Virus record (IMG/VR): IMGVR_UViG_3300028603_000025 | Coordinates: 1 to 64,000 of that record | Origin: a virus | Lineage: Duplodnaviria > Caudoviricetes | Strand: one strand, 5' to 3' | Length of the DNA stretch: 64,000 bases | Shown here: positions 58,598-64,000 of the stretch, piece by piece | Layout: each line of letters begins with the position of its first letter | Numbering within the stretch: position 1 is the first letter of the stretch | Notes under the pieces: generated by a model | What the model was told of the DNA's origin: nothing | Database searches by the model: none | The model's input: the letters and a program-made list of their open reading frames with translations, nothing else | Program-made: the position numbers and the translations under genes

Positions 58598-58626
58598 TTG
58601 ACATGTCGCAGCGGATACCGTAAACT
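58598..58626 (+). promoter_or_regulatory. Sigma70-type promoter TTGACA-N17-TAAACT
   Basis: Hexamers, spacing and AT-rich UP region. Confidence 0.8.
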
Positions 58627-58659
58627 TCTTTTCATCGAATCACGAACCGGAGTAACAAA

Positions 58660-58884
58660 ATGACAAAGCAAGATAAGATAATCGCTGCGCAACAAGAATT
58701 CAAGAATTCAAGCGTATACAAAACCTGTTCTGCTAAGTTTAATGAAGCGCGCGAACTGGGACTAAAAGGAGCAAGAATGTTTTACCACGTAAAGGAGGAG
58801 TTTAAGGCCGAGCAGGCCAAAATGAAAGAAATTGCAATGAAGTACGGAGTTCCTCCAGAAGATATCTGGGACTGGTCAATTTAA
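58660..58884 (+). CDS. Hypothetical early protein
   Basis: GGAG RBS. Confidence 0.7.
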   Translation: MTKQDKIIAAQQEFKNSSVYKTCSAKFNEARELGLKGARMFYHVKEEFKAEQAKMKEIAMKYGVPPEDIWDWSI

Positions 58885-58907
58885 TTTAACTTAACTTAAG
58901 GATAAAC

Positions 58908-59519
58908 ATGAAATTATCATACTTGATTACGAGCGCAGCTTTAGTATTTGCTTCACATTCATCATTTTCCGCGTCAACATCAGACGTAACGTTCAACGGG
59001 AGCAAATCAGACGCATACGTTTCTACCGGAAGTAACTTCACGAACGCAACCGATGCGACTAACTATGCCAATACCAATAACGTGTTTGGGGGCGGATGGA
59101 ATGTCGGGGATGGAGTAGTTGACGGATTTGATTTTACCTTTGTCAAGTTCGGGGGAATGTACGGATTGGGCGTAACAGAAACAGGAACAAACGCATTCGC
59201 CCTTCCTGCCATCATGGACCTGTCGATTTACGTTCCTTCAGGAAACGACGGGGATTATTATTTCTTTGATGATGTAGAAGTGGACTGGCTTTCAGCAGGA
59301 ACATATGACCTGAACTGGGAATGGGGGACTACCTCCGTCAATTTAGGATTCTTCACAATTGACATTCCCACTTACTTACCTACCACAGACTCAAGTGGAG
59401 TATCCTTGTTAGTCCGCGATATTCGTTCAAGTCAAGTTCCGGAACCAATGCCTTTGGCTTTGCTCGGAATCGGACTTCTGGCGGCAAGTTTCGCATCAAG
59501 AAGAAAAGTAATTAACTAA
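58908..59519 (+). CDS. PEP-CTERM sorting-domain surface protein
   Basis: Sec signal peptide; S/T/G/N/D-rich body; C-terminal VPEPMPLALLGIGLLAASFASRRK. Confidence 0.92.
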   Translation: MKLSYLITSAALVFASHSSFSASTSDVTFNGSKSDAYVSTGSNFTNATDATNYANTNNVFGGGWNVGDGVVDGFDFTFVKFGGMYGLGVTETGTNAFALPAIMDLSIYVPSGNDGDYYFFDDVEVDWLSAGTYDLNWEWGTTSVNLGFFTIDIPTYLPTTDSSGVSLLVRDIRSSQVPEPMPLALLGIGLLAASFASRRKVIN

Positions 59520-59525
59520 AACAGG

Positions 59526-59547
59526 AGCCGGGGAACCCCGGCTTTTT
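59526..59547 (+). terminator. Rho-independent terminator
   Basis: agccgggg-aa-ccccggct followed by tttt. Confidence 0.85.
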
Positions 59548-59550
59548 GAA

Positions 59551-59904
59551 ATGGAATTGATGCTGATTATTGTGGGTTTAGTCGGATTGATGTATTCTAC
59601 TTATTTATTTACGAAGGAAATGAAAATGGAAGAACCGGAACAAGTCGATTTAATTAAGAAGATGAAAATGCGAGTATCAGAAGACGCGCTGGAAGGAAAG
59701 AATGTATCAACGATTGTACTTGCCTCCCATGAACAAGTGACTCCTGAAATAAAGAAACAGTTTGGAGATTTGGGGATGAAAGTACAAGTATGGAAAGTTA
59801 ATCAGGAAAGTACTAAGTTTAGAAAAGGGGATGTGTTTGTTACCGTAACAATCCCGACGAATTTGTCGTCGGTTATAGCGTCGCAGATAGCGGAAGAGGT
59901 ATAG
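59551..59904 (+). CDS. Membrane-anchored hypothetical protein
   Basis: N-terminal TMD. Confidence 0.6.
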   Translation: MELMLIIVGLVGLMYSTYLFTKEMKMEEPEQVDLIKKMKMRVSEDALEGKNVSTIVLASHEQVTPEIKKQFGDLGMKVQVWKVNQESTKFRKGDVFVTVTIPTNLSSVIASQIAEEV

Positions 59905-59910
59905 AAAGGA

Positions 59911-59942
59911 CCGGGAGTAATTTATGGCCTCCCGGGTTTTTT
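59911..59942. terminator. Terminator hairpin between convergent genes
   Basis: ccgggag...ctcccgg followed by a T6 run. Confidence 0.7.
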
Positions 59943-59943
59943 G

Positions 59944-62199
59944 TTACTCGTCTATTTCTGGAACAAACTCAGACCAACACCCTTGTTTATTCAGCATCGC
60001 GACGTCGTTGATAGAAGCAATTCTGAGATAATGTTCTTTGTTATACTTCCAAGTGCATTCTTCAACAAACCACGAAGTATTACTACCACTACCGACCCAA
60101 GCATACTTGCCCGGAATCTGAACTGGACTTGACCTATTACTAGTATCTCCAAGTCCCAGCTCTCCAAAACCGTTACGACCCCATACCCATAAATCGCCAC
60201 CTCCGGTAGGCGTCAGTCCGTCCTTAATCCCAAACGAACTTGTTCTAGTTCCTCCGACACAAACCCATTTTCCCGGAATCTGGACCGGGGTTGAAATATT
60301 GGTCTCGTTGCTATTGTTACCTATCGCGCCAAGGTTCCCTAATCCCCATGCCCATAAATTACAGTCAGTATCTATTGCTTGGTTGGCATGTTCACCGACG
60401 TTAATATGGATATAATGGCCCGGAATCTGAACCGGGGAAGAAACACTCTGACCTGCCGCACATCCGGAACCAAACATTGACCAGAGCCAGTGTCCCCAGA
60501 CCCAGAGAGTACAGTCAGTTCTTAATCCCATTGAGTGATTTTGGCTTAAGCCGATAAGTGATACACATAACCAGTTACCGGGTAGTTGAACCGGACTTGA
60601 CCTGGCTATTACATCCCCCAGTCCAAGAATTCCACAAGTATTTCTGCCCCAAACCCAGACTGTTCCATCACTTTTCATTCCTGCTGCGACATCAACTCCT
60701 GCCCAAACACATTTCCACGAGCCTGGAATCTGAATCGGACTTGAATAACAAAATGTATTTCCTGTTCCGAGCTGACCACTTTCGTCATATCCCCAAACCC
60801 ATAAGCTTTCGTCCTCCTTAATCCCGTACCCTGCTGAATATCCTGCCGTAAATTTACACCAGTTTCCCGGAATTTGGGTCGGGGTAGATATACCACATAC
60901 CGATACTTCCCCAATCGGGAGGACTTGACCAAAATGATTCCGTCCCCATCCGTATAATTCACCATTCGCGGTTAATCCATAAGCGGTATTATCAAATGAC
61001 GACCAGGTCACGAAATTTCCAGAATTGCATACGTTTACTCGGTCGATAGAATGCTGGGCATTGTTGTTTCCAAGCTGGCCCCATTGATTATGGCCGACCG
61101 AAGTCATACGATTTTTGATATAGACTTTTCCGTGCTCGTAGAGGCAGTCTTCGATGGCCATGGTGATATTACAAAACCCAGAAGATACGGATTTATATCT
61201 ACCAAGAATCTGAATAGGGCTGGATTGGTCATCAGTGTTGCCTATCCCTAACTGACCCACGCAATTCGTGCCCCAAGTATATAAGCTCCCATTTGTCTTT
61301 GTCGCTGACGAGAAAGACGTTTTAGACGATAAAGTATCCCACTTTCCGGGTATCTGAACCGGGCAGGATAATGCACCGACTGTAAGGCCGACTCCTGTTC
61401 TTCCATTACCATTAGTCCCCCAGGCCCACATGTCATTATTGCTATCAATCCCTATCACGAAACAATCTCCAGCGGACGCACAAATCCAGTTTCCGGGAAC
61501 CTGAACCGGGGATGATTTATCCTGGCCATAACATGGGTTACCCAAATATACTTGATGTCTGGAGCGACCAGTGACCCACAAGGAACCATCTTCTTTGATG
61601 AAAGATGCTCCGGTACATGATATATCGGCCTTCCTGAATCCTGAACCGATAAACACCGGAGATGATCGATAAGTTATAGTATTATCACCAAGCTCGCCGA
61701 ATTCGTTTTTGCCCCAAGTATATAAATCGCCATTGACTCGGATTCCTGCCATTCCAAACACTCCGGTCTTAATTTCCTTCCAGTTTCCGGATAGTTGAGT
61801 TGGAGTACTGATACGGACATTACTGGCAAGATTTAAGCCGAGCGCACCACACAAATTACTGCCCCATACCCATAATGAGCAGTCCTGTTTAAGAGCCGCC
61901 ACGATATTATTATTTTGGGATATACAAAGCCAGTCGGACCCAGGAAGTTGAACCGGGCTTGAACGGGAAGAGTTACTTCCGGTTCCAAGAATTGAGAAAG
62001 TACCGAGACCCCATGAATATAACTCATTGTCTTCGGTTATCCCGAAAGAAGATTTACCGATTTCAATTTGCCTCCAAATCTTACCGTTAATCCATACCGG
62101 GGATGATTGATTAACTGCGCAGTTATTGTTGAGCTGACCTTCGAGACCGTAACCGGCGGCCCAGATTCGGTTGTAACATTGGCGTGGTTTTATAAACAT
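59944..62199 (-). CDS. RCC1-repeat double beta-propeller protein (Cys-rich)
   Basis: About 14 LWxWG...SSPVQIPGxW repeats; minus-strand AATAAATA at ~62236-62243. Confidence 0.9.
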   Translation of the reverse strand: MFIKPRQCYNRIWAAGYGLEGQLNNNCAVNQSSPVWINGKIWRQIEIGKSSFGITEDNELYSWGLGTFSILGTGSNSSRSSPVQLPGSDWLCISQNNNIVAALKQDCSLWVWGSNLCGALGLNLASNVRISTPTQLSGNWKEIKTGVFGMAGIRVNGDLYTWGKNEFGELGDNTITYRSSPVFIGSGFRKADISCTGASFIKEDGSLWVTGRSRHQVYLGNPCYGQDKSSPVQVPGNWICASAGDCFVIGIDSNNDMWAWGTNGNGRTGVGLTVGALSCPVQIPGKWDTLSSKTSFSSATKTNGSLYTWGTNCVGQLGIGNTDDQSSPIQILGRYKSVSSGFCNITMAIEDCLYEHGKVYIKNRMTSVGHNQWGQLGNNNAQHSIDRVNVCNSGNFVTWSSFDNTAYGLTANGELYGWGRNHFGQVLPIGEVSVCGISTPTQIPGNWCKFTAGYSAGYGIKEDESLWVWGYDESGQLGTGNTFCYSSPIQIPGSWKCVWAGVDVAAGMKSDGTVWVWGRNTCGILGLGDVIARSSPVQLPGNWLCVSLIGLSQNHSMGLRTDCTLWVWGHWLWSMFGSGCAAGQSVSSPVQIPGHYIHINVGEHANQAIDTDCNLWAWGLGNLGAIGNNSNETNISTPVQIPGKWVCVGGTRTSSFGIKDGLTPTGGGDLWVWGRNGFGELGLGDTSNRSSPVQIPGKYAWVGSGSNTSWFVEECTWKYNKEHYLRIASINDVAMLNKQGCWSEFVPEIDE

Positions 62200-62212
62200 G
62201 CTTGTTTCTTTT

Positions 62213-62220
62213 TATAAATA
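62213..62220 (+). promoter_or_regulatory. T4-type late promoter TATAAATA
   Basis: Exact consensus upstream of tnpB and gp14. Confidence 0.75.
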
Positions 62221-62253
62221 GTATTAGTATATAGTCTATTTATTAAAAAAACT

Positions 62254-63396
62254 ATGATTCTTAAAGCATTCAAATTCCGACTCTACCCAAACAAGACTCA
62301 AGAAGTTCTATTAAATAAGACGTTTGGTTGCGTCCGATTTGTTTGGAACCATAATGTTGAAGTATTTAATGATTGGTTTAATAATCCAGAAAGAAAGGCT
62401 TTGAGTGTGGCCGAATTGAGACAAGAATATGAATGGATGAAGGAAGTTAGTGCTTGTGCCGTAGAGTCAGCATCAAATAATTTCAGAGACTTCAAAACTC
62501 AATATTTCAATAAGAAACGTAAGAAGAAACTCGGAAGACCACAATTCAAGAATAGAAATTCGAGACAATCATTTAAACTCGATTATCGTAGATTCAGATT
62601 GGTAAACAATAGAATTCGTTTTGAAAAAATAGGTTTTATAAAAATCAATATAACAAGAGAAATTCATTCTGACGCAGAATTCCGCTCAGTAACCGTATCA
62701 AAGAATTCAGCAGGTCAGTATTTTGCCTCGATTCTCGTCAGAATGGAGATAAGTAATCCTATTCCCTTAACCGGAAACGTGACGGGGATTGATATGGGTT
62801 TGAATCATTTCTTGACGTTGAGTAACGGAGATAAAGTTTCAAACCCGAGATTTTTTCGCGAGAGCCAAGCGAAACTAAGAACAGCACAGAAACACTTGAG
62901 CCGGAAGAAGAAAGGTTCAAGTCGTTACAAGAAACAGAAACTCAAAGTAGCAAGAATGCATCTCAAGATATCTAATCAGAGAAAGAACTTTCTTCACTCC
63001 GAGGCCAATAAAATCCTTAAGGATTATGATATAATAGGAATTGAAGATTTGAACGTAGAAGGGATGAAAAAGAGTCATAATCTTGGAAAATCGATTTCTG
63101 ACGCTTCCTTTTCTGAGTTCTTCAGGATTCTTTCTTATAAAGCTGAATGGAACAATAAAAAGGTCATTAAAATCAATAGGTTTTATCCTTCGAGTAAGAC
63201 TTGTAGCCATTGTGGTTGGTATAATCCTGAATTAAAGAGAGGAAATAGAACTTTTGATTGTAAAGCTTGTGGAATCAGTTTAGATAGAGACCATAATGCT
63301 GCTTTGAATATTAAAGAACAAGCATTAGGCATGACTAATGTTATACGAACGCAGAACGAACAGAAGACTTCTAGTTGTATTGGGAGCAGTTTGTGA
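62254..63396 (+). mobile_element. tnpB: RNA-guided endonuclease TnpB (IS200/IS605, IS1341-like; no tnpA)
   Basis: KAFKFRLYP...FGCVRFVWN HTH, GIDMG, IEDL, CSHC...CKAC and DRDHNAA; RuvC D-E-D triad intact. Confidence 0.95.
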
Positions 63397-63433
63397 TGAA
63401 GCGTTTAGTTGCCACTTATTAAGGAGTAATATC

Positions 63434-64000
63434 ATCGCAGTTAATCCTTACTTCCAAGCCGGACGCAATATCGGGGAAGCTCCTGAACAGGACTTAATAT
63501 CGGATCTGATTATCGAGTGTATTAAGATATATGGTTTTGATTTAATCTATCTTCCACGACAATCAGTGAACACCGATGATATCCTGAACGAAGACGTTCT
63601 GAACAAGTACGATTACGGATATCCTATCGAGATGTATCTCTCGTCGGTGGACGGCTTTGAAGGAGAGGGAAGTTTACTATCGAAGTTCGGTCTTGAAATT
63701 CGTGATACGGCTACCCTTGTCGTTGCCAAGAAACGATGGCACGAACTAGTTCAAGCAAACGGGACTACCCAGCTTCCCACCAGACCGACCACAGGAGATA
63801 TCATCTATTTTCCTGATACTAAAGCTTTCCTCGAGATTCGAGAAGTAAAAACAAAGAATCCTTTCTTCCAAGTCGGGAAGCTCTATGTATATTCTCTATC
63901 GTGTGAACTGATGCAGTTCAGTCATGAAAGGTTTAATACCAATATACCAGAAATAGACGAAACTGCTGAATCATTCAGCTTGGATATTCTCCCGTTCAGT
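63434..64000 (+). CDS. gp14: Neck protein gp14, 3'-truncated by window edge; apparent ATC start
   Basis: AVNPYF...EQDL...YLPR...EMY...GFEGEG..LSKFGLEIRD...KRW...RP..GDIIYFP...PFFQVGK; not in the ORF track. Confidence 0.9.
   Translation, partial: MAVNPYFQAGRNIGEAPEQDLISDLIIECIKIYGFDLIYLPRQSVNTDDILNEDVLNKYDYGYPIEMYLSSVDGFEGEGSLLSKFGLEIRDTATLVVAKKRWHELVQANGTTQLPTRPTTGDIIYFPDTKAFLEIREVKTKNPFFQVGKLYVYSLSCELMQFSHERFNTNIPEIDETAESFSLDILPFS

Noticed and set aside
1-64000. Stop-codon reassignment
   Set aside because: Core genes are full length in the standard code, and TAA, TAG and TGA all occur at expected gene ends.

Overview
A 64-kb segment of a large T4-like (gp55/TATAAATA late-promoter type) myophage of a Gram-negative host, read in the standard genetic code. 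About 1-23.8 kb is a virion module: gp7- and gp8-like baseplate wedge proteins, a DUF4815/VrlC-type protein, a 1391-aa hyperacidic repeat protein, a fibre protein, RCC1-repeat proteins, gp4, a gp27-like hub and lysis candidates. About 24.1-25.3 kb is non-coding and contains a candidate ~850-nt highly structured RNA. About 26-57 kb is the replication/recombination core (cd, gp3, dda-like, uvsY, uvsW, gp55, gp45/44/62, regA, gp43, uvsX, gp41, nrdA, nrdB), interleaved with about seven glycosyltransferase-like genes, an ADP-heptose pathway block and two DNA methyltransferases. It carries three inteins: a naturally split intein fracturing uvsX around a free-standing endonuclease, a mini-intein in gp41, and a Gln-ending LAGLIDADG intein in nrdA. 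The right end holds an early-promoter island with a phage-encoded PEP-CTERM protein, a third RCC1 protein, a TnpB gene and the start of gp14. The strongest candidates for something new are the large structured ncRNA, the PEP-CTERM protein, and a possible modular surface system of RCC1 propellers sharing one terminal peptide, together with heptose glycosylation genes. All assignments come from motif recognition by eye; no searches were run.
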